From: Parcubacteria group bacterium
Lineage (GTDB): Bacteria; Patescibacteriota; Minisyncoccia; Phycocordibacterales; JABMNX01
DNA length: 24,000 nt
Direction: 5' to 3'
Assembly: GCA_016784305.1 (NCBI GenBank)
Contig: JADHUY010000007.1
Span: 2,340-26,339 of the forward strand
Positions 15,735 to 22,759 of the stretch are shown here, piece after piece (position 1 is the stretch's first letter; every line of letters starts with the position of its first letter). The translations under genes and the position numbers were made by a program. The notes below the pieces were generated by a model. That model saw only the letters and a program-made list of their open reading frames with translations. It was not told the DNA's origin and ran no database searches.

Positions 15735-16463
15735 TTAGACCTCGGCAATGTTAAGCCCTTTTAGAGCGTTTTTAAAATCCTCTGGAATTGGTGCCTCAAA
15801 CTCTCCAATCTCACCAGATAGAAGTACAATTGCCAACCTGTGCGCATGAAGAGCAAGGCGATCAAAGCCAAGTGCACACTCTCTTTTTGGTGCGTAAAGT
15901 TTGTCGCACACTACTGGATAATTTATTGCCTTAAAGTGCGCACGAATTTGGTGTGTTCTTCCTGTCTTAGGATAAACTGCCATATAGCTAAATCCATTGC
16001 TTCTATTTAAAACTTCGTATTCCGTTATCGCTTCCCTCATTACTCCTCGTGCCCCTCTTTGTGCTGAGCGAAGTCTAAAGTCAGTACTGCTTTTGCCAAT
16101 AGGTCTATCAATCACACCCTTATCTAACTTCACCTCACCATACACAAACGCTCTATATTCTTTCCTAGCTTCTCGCTCCTTGAATTGCTCCTTTAAATTA
16201 ATAAACGAATCTTGTGTTTTAGCAATTATTAAAACTCCGGACGTCTCCTTATCAATCCTGTGTACAATTCCAGGCCTATCCTCACTCTCTCCTATACCCT
16301 TAATGCTCGGATATTTAGAAAGTAGCCAGTCAACAAGTGTTTTCTCATCTCCTCTTCCATCAGGGTGCATCATCAAACCTGCCGGCTTATTTATTACCAG
16401 TACATCACTATCTTCATGAATTATTTCAATGTTATTTTCCATGCCTCCGCTCCCTTTCTCCAT
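15735..16463 (-). CDS. RluA-family pseudouridine synthase (no S4 domain)
   Basis: [12 protein letters not shown]...[18 protein letters not shown]...GRTHQIRAH are the catalytic motifs of the RluA/RluD family. Confidence 0.85.
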   Translation of the reverse strand: MEKGSGGMENNIEIIHEDSDVLVINKPAGLMMHPDGRGDEKTLVDWLLSKYPSIKGIGESEDRPGIVHRIDKETSGVLIIAKTQDSFINLKEQFKEREARKEYRAFVYGEVKLDKGVIDRPIGKSSTDFRLRSAQRGARGVMREAITEYEVLNRSNGFSYMAVYPKTGRTHQIRAHFKAINYPVVCDKLYAPKRECALGFDRLALHAHRLAIVLLSGEIGEFEAPIPEDFKNALKGLNIAEV

Positions 16464-17103
16464 ACTCCTTTAATATTGAACTAAATTCTTCCCGAGTGAA
16501 AGCTGGCCAGTATGTATCTATGAAAAAAAGTTCCGAGTAAACGGACTGCCATGTAAGAAAGCCAGATAATCTGCGCTCTCCGCCAGTGCGTATTATTATG
16601 TCTGGATCAGGTAGAGGGCTAGTCCAAAGTTCTTTTGCTATATCCTCTTCCGTCACCTCCTTTCCTTTTTTTATCAACTCATTTGTTGCGTTAACTAGTT
16701 CAGCCCGTCCACCATATGACATAGCAATAGAGAGAGTGTGCTCTTCGTTCTCCTCGGTCTCTTTTTCTGTATCGTTCATTAAATCCTGCAAATTTTGTGG
16801 AAACCTCTCTCTATCTCCAGGGAAATATATTCTTATTCCTTCTCTTTTTATCTCTTCAAGCTCGTTCTTTATAAAAGTGTAAAGAAGGTCCAATAAGTAG
16901 GCAACTTCTTCCTTTGGTCTATTCCAATTTTCCGTTGAAAGAGCGTACACGGTTAAATGTGGAACCCCTGCGTCCTTATTCCAGCCTATAACTTCCTTTA
17001 GTTTTTTTGCGCCACGTCTATGACCCTCTAGCGTTGGTAGCCCCTGCTCTTTCGCCCACCTGCGATTGCCGTCCATTATTATTCCAATAGATTTTGGTGT
17101 CAT
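16432..17103 (-). CDS. uppS: undecaprenyl-diphosphate synthase (isoprenyl transferase)
   Basis: IIMDGNRRWAK, TVYALSTENWNRP and IRTGGERRLSGFLTWQSVYSELFF are canonical UppS motifs. Confidence 0.9.
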   Translation of the reverse strand: MTPKSIGIIMDGNRRWAKEQGLPTLEGHRRGAKKLKEVIGWNKDAGVPHLTVYALSTENWNRPKEEVAYLLDLLYTFIKNELEEIKREGIRIYFPGDRERFPQNLQDLMNDTEKETEENEEHTLSIAMSYGGRAELVNATNELIKKGKEVTEEDIAKELWTSPLPDPDIIIRTGGERRLSGFLTWQSVYSELFFIDTYWPAFTREEFSSILKEYGERERRHGK

Positions 17104-17106
17104 ATA

Positions 17107-17379
17107 TCAGTAGATAATTTTAAAACCCTCAAACTCCCTGCTAGGTTCCCTCCAGTCCACACTTACGCGTAAAACACGTGCCAGAAACGGTCCCTTATTT
17201 AAATACTCTATTAATGTCTCTAAATCTTCTTCTCTTCCTTGCGCCACAACCTCAACAGAACCGTCTTGGAGATTTTCAACTGTACCACGAAGGGCAAGTG
17301 TTCGTGCCTTCCTTTGTATAAAGTCACGAAACATCACCATTTGAACCTTGCCCGAGATTTTACACTTTATTTCTTGCAT
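17107..17379 (-). CDS. acyP: acylphosphatase
   Basis: A 90-aa protein. ISGKVQMVMFRDFIQRKARTLALRGTVENLQDGSVEVVAQG fits the acylphosphatase signature. Confidence 0.8.
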   Translation of the reverse strand: MQEIKCKISGKVQMVMFRDFIQRKARTLALRGTVENLQDGSVEVVAQGREEDLETLIEYLNKGPFLARVLRVSVDWREPSREFEGFKIIY

Positions 17380-17431
17380 TCAACTAGCATACATTGAAAT
17401 ACACAATATTTTCTATATACTGCTTGTTATT

Positions 17432-17505
17432 GGGCGATTAGCTCAGTTGGCTAGAGCAGTTGATTTACACTCATCAGGTCGGGGGTTCGAATCCCTCATC
17501 GCCCA
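17432..17505 (+). tRNA. tRNA-Val (anticodon TAC)
   Basis: Manual fold:
- Acceptor GGGCGAT/ATCGCCC.
- D arm GCTC-AGTTGGCTA-GAGC.
- Anticodon loop TTTACAC.
- T arm GGGGG-TTCGAAT-CCCTC. Confidence 0.85.
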
Positions 17506-17520
17506 CACTTTTAACTCCTT

Positions 17521-17558
17521 ACACTAAAACCTTACGATGTATCGTAAGGTTTTAGTGT
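17521..17558 (+). terminator. 17-bp perfect hairpin directly after tRNA-Val
   Basis: acactaaaaccttacga-tgta-tcgtaaggttttagtgt, followed by tttaaaaa. It belongs to the CGAT-core hairpin family (see 9378-9427 and 23339-23367). Confidence 0.5.
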
Positions 17559-17567
17559 TTTAAAAAT

Positions 17568-17593
17568 TAACTTTAGAGCTAGCTCTAAAGTTA
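17568..17593. repeat. 26-nt perfect palindrome taactttagagct|agctctaaagtta
   Basis: Arms checked base by base. A related copy lies at 23461-23492. Confidence 0.9.
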
Positions 17594-17618
17594 GTTCAGA
17601 AGTTTAAACGTAAATACT

Positions 17619-17662
17619 AATTTGTACGATACCTGCCTGCGCAGGCAGGTATCGTACAAATT
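17619..17662. repeat. 44-nt perfect palindrome aatttgtacgatacctgcctgc|gcaggcaggtatcgtacaaatt
   Basis: Arms checked base by base. The second copy at 23421-23464 differs only by a compensated A>G / T>C pair. Confidence 0.95.
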
Positions 17663-17672
17663 GTGAGAGATC

Positions 17673-17721
17673 GGCGTCAGCTCACTAACCACAATTACTC
17701 CAGTATACTGGAGTAATTGTG
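17673..17721 (-). repeat. 18-nt box (ggcgtcagctcactaacc) plus 32-nt perfect palindrome cacaattactccagta|tactggagtaattgtg
   Basis: Homologous to 10727-10768. Confidence 0.9.
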
Positions 17722-17758
17722 TAAGTGGCTCCTACCCAGACTCCTTCGCAATCTTTGT

Positions 17759-17794
17759 GGCGTCAGGTTTCTAACCTGCCTGCCGGCAGGCAGG
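17759..17794 (-). repeat. third copy of the box (ggcgtcaggtttctaacc) fused to a 20-nt perfect palindrome cctgcctgcc|ggcaggcagg
   Basis: The box matches the 10727 copy at 16/18 positions. The palindrome shares the cctgcctgc/gcaggcagg core with 17631-17650 and 23433-23452. Confidence 0.85.
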
Positions 17795-17851
17795 ACTCGC
17801 AGGCTCGTTAAGGACCTCCTGCCCGGGCAAGTTTACCTTGTGGTCACCCGT

Positions 17852-17887
17852 CACTAAGTATTTTTCATGAATTCAAAATACTAAGTG
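17852..17887. repeat. 13-bp hairpin (one mismatch) cactaagtatttt...aaaatactaagtg
   Basis: 12 of 13 positions pair, with the loop tcatgaattc. On the minus strand its 3' arm supplies a CTTAGTGAC box. Confidence 0.75.
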
Positions 17888-17948
17888 CGCTCGACCCCGG
17901 CTCGCCTTCGCGCTTCGCGCAATATGGCTCCGCCTGACACCAAGGCAC

Positions 17949-17970
17949 GGAAGCAAAGTAGTTTGCTTCC
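17949..17970. repeat. 9-bp hairpin ggaagcaaa-gtag-tttgcttcc
   Basis: Related to the longer hairpin at 23089-23136 (aggcacgRaagcaaagYagtttgcttYc). Confidence 0.8.
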
Positions 17971-17971
17971 T

Positions 17972-18010
17972 AAACAAAAAGGGCGCGCAAATTGCGCGCC
18001 CTTTTTGTTT
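17972..18010. terminator. bidirectional rho-independent terminator, 19-bp perfect GC-cored stem flanked by A/T runs
   Basis: aaacaaaaagggcgcgcaa-a-ttgcgcgccctttttgttt lies immediately 3' of tRNA-Arg(TCT) on the minus strand. Confidence 0.8.
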
Positions 18011-18014
18011 ACCT

Positions 18015-18089
18015 TGGTGTCCCCACGAGGAATCGAACCTCGATCTGCAGCTTAGAAGGCTGATGCTCTATCCGTTGAGCTATAGGGAC
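18015..18089 (-). tRNA. tRNA-Arg (anticodon TCT), CCA encoded
   Basis: Manual fold:
- Acceptor GTCCCTA/TGGGGAC.
- D arm GCTC-AACGGATA-GAGC.
- Anticodon loop CTTCTAA.
- T arm CGAGG-TTCGATT-CCTCG.
- 3' end A-CCA. Confidence 0.85.
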
Positions 18090-18129
18090 CACTAAAACGT
18101 AACAAATAAACCTAATATATTAAAGCCCT

Positions 18130-18729
18130 CTAAAGAAGTACCGCACTAAAAAGTGCAACGACTATTATTGCCACTGCAATAATCGTAACGATACGGGTGT
18201 GCTTCTTAAGTATAGAAATTGCTCTCTCGCCGTATAAATGCGTCAAGTAAGCCACCAAAAAGTATCTCAAACCACGCCCCACAAGTGAAGCCAATATAAA
18301 GATTACAAAATTAATTTTGAAAAACCCGCCAGCAAGCACAAACACCTTATATGGAATAGGTGTAAACGCTGCAATGAAAACAATGAGTGCTGAATTCCCA
18401 TTAAATTGCTCACCAACTTTTGCAAACTCGTCTGTCAGTCCGTAAAAATCTACAACCCTAGCTCCAACAACGTCATAAAAAGACGCCCCTATAACGTAGC
18501 CAAACACCGCGCCTAAGACCGCAAACACTGTAGTCAAAAAAGCGTAGTACGCCCACCTCTTTGAACTGACTAAAAGAATAGCAACAAGCAAAAGATCGGG
18601 CGGAATAAAAAGAAAAGAAGACTCCGTGAAAGAAAGGAAAGCCAGCCACCATTTAGCACCGGTGCCTTCCGCACGCTCCTTAAACCATTTAACACCACGC
18701 CTTTCTTCTTTATCAAATTCTTCAAGCAT
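18130..18729 (-). CDS. YqaA/DedA-superfamily membrane protein
   Basis: FTESSFLFIPPDLLLVA and the overall 4-5 TM layout match COG1238/YqaA-type proteins. Confidence 0.65.
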   Translation of the reverse strand: MLEEFDKEERRGVKWFKERAEGTGAKWWLAFLSFTESSFLFIPPDLLLVAILLVSSKRWAYYAFLTTVFAVLGAVFGYVIGASFYDVVGARVVDFYGLTDEFAKVGEQFNGNSALIVFIAAFTPIPYKVFVLAGGFFKINFVIFILASLVGRGLRYFLVAYLTHLYGERAISILKKHTRIVTIIAVAIIVVALFSAVLL

Positions 18730-19067
18730 TATTTTATTTTGCTTCCAGCCGGAACAGGAGCATGCGGTATTAGAAGTGCAAAGTCGCCCTCTTCAGTACT
18801 TACCGCCATAATCATTCCATTACTTTCCTCTCCCTTTATAGTCCTAGTCTTTAGATTCACAACAAACGGATAAAGCTTGCCCACTATATCGTCCTCTGAT
18901 ACATATTCAGCAATACCTGAAACTATTTGCCTTGCCTCATCTCCAAAGTCTACAGAGAGTTTTAGTAATTTATCTGTTTCAGGAATACGCTCTGCACTTA
19001 ATACTTTCCCCATGCGCACATCTAGCTTCTGAAAATCCTCATAGCTAATTTCTTCTTTTGTTTCCAT
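18729..19067 (-). CDS. tRNA-binding domain protein (CsaA/Trbp111-like)
   Basis: FQKLDVRMGKVLSAERIPETDKLLKLSVDFGDEARQIVSGIAEYV...NLKTRTIKGEESNGMIMA is the OB-fold tRNA-binding domain pattern. Confidence 0.8.
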   Translation of the reverse strand: METKEEISYEDFQKLDVRMGKVLSAERIPETDKLLKLSVDFGDEARQIVSGIAEYVSEDDIVGKLYPFVVNLKTRTIKGEESNGMIMAVSTEEGDFALLIPHAPVPAGSKIK

Positions 19068-19080
19068 CTTTATTTATTTG

Positions 19081-19467
19081 TTATTTATTATTATTGAGCT
19101 TCTCAAGATATCTCTGAAGTATCAAAGCTGCTGCTACGTCATCCGTCTTTATACCCTTTGGTGCATCACGACGTGATTCAACTGATGTTAGATATTCGGG
19201 CTCAAGGTGAACCTCTACATCATTTTCTTCAAGCCCCTTTTTAAAATCTTCAACGTCAGCCATAACCCTGTTATCCACCCCCTTGAAGTCTTTGGACTCA
19301 CCTATAACAACCCTATCCACTTTCTCATCTTTTACAATATTAAGCACCTCATCTAGTGCCCCAGGTGAGCTTTCTATTATCTTGTGAGGGAAAGCCAAGA
19401 CTCCTGAGTCATCAGAAAGGGCCAGTCCAATCCTCTTAGTACCATAATCAATTCCCATAAGTTTCAT
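19081..19467 (-). CDS. ruvX: Holliday-junction-resolvase-like / pre-16S rRNA nuclease YqgF
   Basis: MKLMGIDYGTKRIGLALSD...VVIGESKD...SVESRR matches the YqgF family. Confidence 0.85.
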   Translation of the reverse strand: MKLMGIDYGTKRIGLALSDDSGVLAFPHKIIESSPGALDEVLNIVKDEKVDRVVIGESKDFKGVDNRVMADVEDFKKGLEENDVEVHLEPEYLTSVESRRDAPKGIKTDDVAAALILQRYLEKLNNNK

Positions 19468-19521
19468 AGGGCAATTGTAACAGGGTTGGCAAATTAGCGA
19501 AAAAATTGTAACAATACTCTC

Positions 19522-19604
19522 GGAGGGGTGCGGAGAATGGTATTCCAGCGGTCTTGAAAACCGTCGCGCGCAAGCGCTTGCAGGTTCGAGTCCTGTCCCC
19601 TCCG
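19522..19604 (+). tRNA. tRNA-Ser (anticodon TGA), class II
   Basis: Manual fold:
- Acceptor GGAGGGG/CCCCTCC.
- Anticodon arm GCGGT-CTTGAAA-ACCGT.
- Variable stem GCGC-GCAA-GCGC.
- T arm GCAGG-TTCGAGT-CCTGT.
- Discriminator G. Confidence 0.8.
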
Positions 19605-19609
19605 CAATT

Positions 19610-19644
19610 ACGAAAACAGGTGGCTTTATGCCACCTGTTTTCGT
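19610..19644 (+). terminator. 15-bp perfect hairpin after tRNA-Ser
   Basis: The hairpin is acgaaaacaggtggc-tttat-gccacctgttttcgt. There is no long T-run after it, so its terminator function is assumed from position only. Confidence 0.5.
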
Positions 19645-19672
19645 ACACTAAGAAAAAGTAACCAAACACCGC

Positions 19673-19909
19673 ATGCATAAAGACATAAAACTAGGAAAGT
19701 ACAAACACTACAAAGGAAAGACCTGCGAAGTAATCGGCACTGCAAACCATAGTGAGCCATTAGAACAACTGGTAGTTTATATTGACCTATCTGATTCTAA
19801 AGAGTTTGGTAAAAACGCTATGTGGGTTAGACCTCTTGAAATATTTAAAGAAGAAATAGAAGTAAATGGAGAAATGGTTCCGCGTTTTAAGTATATTACT
19901 TCAAAATAA
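19673..19909 (+). CDS. DUF1653 domain protein
   Basis: KYKHYKGKTCEVIGTANHSEPLEQLVVYIDL...MWVRPLEIF fits the DUF1653 consensus as I recall it. Confidence 0.65.
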   Translation: MHKDIKLGKYKHYKGKTCEVIGTANHSEPLEQLVVYIDLSDSKEFGKNAMWVRPLEIFKEEIEVNGEMVPRFKYITSK

Positions 19910-19958
19910 CCACACCACTCTCACATAAACTTATACACTACGTGCTACCATTTAGTTA

Positions 19959-20366
19959 ATGAACCGCGGATTTTCAATAATGGAGCTCTTAGTAGTGGTA
20001 GCAATTATAGCAATCCTCTCAAGTGGACTTATTGTAATGATTGGTAGTTCGCAACTAAAAGCTCGCGACACCGGAAGACTTGATCAGGTTAAAGAAATAC
20101 AAAAAGCTCTTTCACTGTACCAAATAGAAGTCGGTAAATTCCCCGTCCACCCAACTACTATTATCATAACAGGAGAAGACTCATTTTCCCTTGCGCTCGA
20201 GGCAAGGAATGTAATACCTGAAGTACCACCAGACCCAAATCATCCAAACAGTGTATATACTTATCAATCAGACAATAGTGGTGGCGACTACACACTTACA
20301 TTTTGTTTAGATACAGACAGTATATTTGGATACAACCAAGGCTGCGGCAACACAATAAAACCTTAA
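19959..20366 (+). CDS. type IV pilin / pseudopilin-like protein with prepilin N-terminal cleavage-methylation motif
   Basis: MNRG|FSIMELLVVVAIIAILSS has a Gly at -1, Glu at +5 and a hydrophobic helix. Confidence 0.8.
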   Translation: MNRGFSIMELLVVVAIIAILSSGLIVMIGSSQLKARDTGRLDQVKEIQKALSLYQIEVGKFPVHPTTIIITGEDSFSLALEARNVIPEVPPDPNHPNSVYTYQSDNSGGDYTLTFCLDTDSIFGYNQGCGNTIKP

Positions 20367-20375
20367 ACAATAAAT

Positions 20376-20831
20376 ATGGAACCTATACGTTGGCAAGGAT
20401 ATGAATATGAATTTAGCGAGAAGAGCGCTGACTGGTTTTGGGCGCTTGGCATTATTGCTGTATCAAGTTCAATCACAGCGATAATATTTAAAAATTTACT
20501 ATTTGCTCTTTTAATATTGATAGGTGCTCTCACCCTTGCTCTATTTGCGGCACGCAGGCCGCATTTAACACACTTTGAAGTTAACAAGAATGGCGTGGCG
20601 GTAGATCGGATACTCTATCCATACAAAACACTTGAAGCATTCACGATAGTACACGATGACGAAGATCCTAAAGTCATCATAAGTTCAGAGAAATTCCTAA
20701 TGCCCTACATTGTCATATCTCTAATTGACGTAGATATTGAAGCTCTTCAAACAATACTAAGAGAGCATCTCCCGGAAGAGGAAATAGCTGAACCAATCTC
20801 ACATAAGATATTAGAATTTTTTGGTTTCTAA
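20376..20831 (+). CDS. hypothetical two-TM membrane protein
   Basis: An ORF 9 nt after the pilin gene with two adjacent hydrophobic helices (WFWALGIIAVSSSITAIIF, LLFALLILIGALTLALFA). I recognise no family. Confidence 0.5.
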   Translation: MEPIRWQGYEYEFSEKSADWFWALGIIAVSSSITAIIFKNLLFALLILIGALTLALFAARRPHLTHFEVNKNGVAVDRILYPYKTLEAFTIVHDDEDPKVIISSEKFLMPYIVISLIDVDIEALQTILREHLPEEEIAEPISHKILEFFGF

Positions 20832-22046
20832 CTAAAACTCTTCAAAGCTAGGAGTTAATGTTACGGTCGTATTTTCTGTCCTTATATTTCTTGTAGTTTG
20901 GCACGTTAGTGTATATGTACTTTCTTCTACGATTGGTGCAGTTACTTGAGAACCATCTTTCCCTGTGGCACTAAAGTTTGGGCCTGTTACTGAACAAGAA
21001 ATAATGTCATCATCCCCAAGCGTTGACCACGTGATTAATGATGTGTCTCCTGGTTTAACCTTATCTGGGTCAGCCGAAATATCTAGAACCGGCCAGAATA
21101 CACTTACATCAACTGACGCCTGTCCTCCGTTTGAACACACTACAATAAACTGTGTATCTATTGTTGGAGAAACCTGAACAGACCCAGAGGTAGCACCTCC
21201 TGTTGAGAAATTAGAGCCAGAGCTAGATGTTGAGTTTGAACAAGACCAAGTAAGTGTCGCTGACTGGCCTAGGATTACCTCAGGTTTATTAGTTGAAAAA
21301 GATGGTGGCGTCGGCACACACCCAGATTCGGCTGGAGTACTAGCCGAGCATGAGCCATTACATTGAATGGTTCCACTGTTTGTCTGACCGCACGAGTTGG
21401 CCGCTGACTGACAACTGTTGCCATATCCGCTCGGGTTAGAAGGAGTGCTGGCAGAACATGAGCCATTACATTGGATAGCCCCGGCTGAAGTCTGTCCACA
21501 AGCATTCGCAGATGAGTAGCAAGTGTTGCCGTAGCCACTAGGATTAGATGGAGTGCTTGCGGAGCATGAACCATTACATTGGATTGTTCCGCTATTTCTT
21601 TGACCGCATGAATTATATGAAGAGTAGCAAGTATTACCGTAACCGCTAGGATTAGACGGAGTGCTTGCCGAACATGATCCATTACATTGAATGGTTCCGC
21701 TGTTTCTTTGACCGCATGAGTTACTACTTGAATAGCAGGTGTTGCCATATCCGCTTGGATTTGGCGGAGCACTGCTTACAGAGCAGTTGCCACTACAATC
21801 AATCGTGCCACTTGTTCTTTGGCTACATGAGTTGTATGAAGAATAACAGGTTTGCCCAACATTGCCTTCGCACCCACCAAAAGCACCGGCAGCATCAGCA
21901 TCAGCACCACTTCCATCCCCAGGTCCACTATCACCATCAGCAAAAACAGTCCCGACTGCTAAAAATGAAAAACTTAGGATCGCAACCGCAACGAACACAA
22001 TAAATATTAGAAATTTAAAGTGGCTATATGTATTCTTTATTATCAT
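20832..22046 (-). CDS. secreted cysteine-rich tandem-repeat surface protein with two C-terminal Ig-like/beta-sandwich-type domains
   Basis: An N-terminal signal/anchor is followed by five 36-aa units (PSNPSGYGNTCYSSxNSCGQRNSGTIQCNGSCSAST, spacing C-x6-C-x9-C-x3-C). The C-terminal ~160 aa is paralogous to the CDS at 23515-24000. Confidence 0.75.
   Translation of the reverse strand: MIIKNTYSHFKFLIFIVFVAVAILSFSFLAVGTVFADGDSGPGDGSGADADAAGAFGGCEGNVGQTCYSSYNSCSQRTSGTIDCSGNCSVSSAPPNPSGYGNTCYSSSNSCGQRNSGTIQCNGSCSASTPSNPSGYGNTCYSSYNSCGQRNSGTIQCNGSCSASTPSNPSGYGNTCYSSANACGQTSAGAIQCNGSCSASTPSNPSGYGNSCQSAANSCGQTNSGTIQCNGSCSASTPAESGCVPTPPSFSTNKPEVILGQSATLTWSCSNSTSSSGSNFSTGGATSGSVQVSPTIDTQFIVVCSNGGQASVDVSVFWPVLDISADPDKVKPGDTSLITWSTLGDDDIISCSVTGPNFSATGKDGSQVTAPIVEESTYTLTCQTTRNIRTENTTVTLTPSFEEF
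21333..21872 (-). repeat. 108-bp in-frame tandem repeat array (about 5 units) inside the Cys-rich gene
   Basis: The marker ccattacatt recurs at 21355, 21463, 21571 and 21679, an exact 108-nt period. A more diverged unit follows. Confidence 0.9.
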
Positions 22047-22135
22047 TCTCCTTATTTAATTAAAACTTAAATACCACAAACTAATAGTACCCGATTTATA
22101 CAAATATTGTACGAAACTACAAATATTTTGTGAAT

Positions 22136-22170
22136 AAAAAAATACACCGCCCAGGGGGTTCCCCAGGCGG
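22136..22170 (-). terminator. rho-independent terminator of the lipoprotein gene
   Basis: A GC hairpin (ccgcc..gggg-gtt-cccc..ggcgg) at 22147-22170 is followed on the minus strand by GTGTATTTTTTTA (T7). Confidence 0.6.
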
Positions 22171-22184
22171 CGCGACAAATCCCT

Positions 22185-22700
22185 TCAATCTTGCTCAAGC
22201 GATGTTACTTTCGCTCCACCTGTGAACTTTTTAAAGACTGTGTCCGCCGCAAACTTATTGTCGGCAAACCTGTGGATTTCAACCCACATTCTCCCGCCCT
22301 CCAAAAGCCTCATTGTTAAAAAGCGGCCATTTTTAGCGATTAGCAACTCACCAGAGGCAATACCTTCAACTTCAGCATAAACGCACCTGTCGACAAGCAT
22401 CCTCGCGTGACAATAACGAACCTTCGCCATATTGGGGGCGTCCGGCATTGGAGTGATTAACAGCAAACCACACCCTCTGCCACTGGAATTAGCAAACACT
22501 CCACGCCATTGACCAAACAATGCATTACCTTTGGGCGCATCCTCCACCTCTTTCAACCATCCCTTCTTCACACTGACTTCGCATTCTGAAAAATAAATGC
22601 GATCGGTGGCGGGGGTAAACATAGCTACCTTTGTATCAGCACAGCCAGCAAGCGATAGGAATAGAGCGGCCGCGCCAAGTAGTAATCTGTAAAACGACAT
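22185..22700 (-). CDS. lipoprotein of unknown function (lipobox LSLAGC), compositionally atypical
   Basis: A signal peptide (MSFYRLLLGAAALFLSLAG|C), a near-consensus promoter and an AAGAGGGG RBS upstream. Three 60-nt samples gave 48-57% G+C, against about 40-42% in neighbouring CDS. Confidence 0.7.
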   Translation of the reverse strand: MSFYRLLLGAAALFLSLAGCADTKVAMFTPATDRIYFSECEVSVKKGWLKEVEDAPKGNALFGQWRGVFANSSGRGCGLLLITPMPDAPNMAKVRYCHARMLVDRCVYAEVEGIASGELLIAKNGRFLTMRLLEGGRMWVEIHRFADNKFAADTVFKKFTGGAKVTSLEQD

Positions 22701-22759
22701 GGGGAATCCCCTCTTGCTATTTCAACGCCACAGTTGGCATTGAACTCTAATCTAAACAA

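Noticed and set aside
17506-18014. RNase P RNA or SRP (4.5S) RNA hidden in the GC-rich tract.
   Set aside because: - I scanned both strands by eye. There is no GAGGAAAGTCC or ACAGAANCCGGCTTA-like P4 elements, and no GGAA-capped helix-8 with AGCAGC.
- The tract is dominated by perfect palindromes, unlike those RNAs.
- A covariance-model search is still needed to be certain.
19448-19678. 76-aa ORF on the minus strand.
   Set aside because: It is antisense to tRNA-Ser (19522-19604) and its terminator hairpin, and it overlaps the ruvX start. It is spurious.
20832-21180. Diversity-generating retroelement VR/TR pair, with the second copy at 23515-23900.
   Set aside because: - The two ~380-bp segments differ by all substitution types, not by adenine-specific changes.
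- Both are coding 3' ends of paralogous genes.
- No reverse transcriptase is present in the window.
21275-22003. Alternative-frame ORFs 21275-21772(-) and 21665-22003(+) inside the repeat gene.
   Set aside because: They are periodic artefacts of the 108-bp tandem repeat. The 404-aa frame has a signal peptide and a paralog, and these frames do not.
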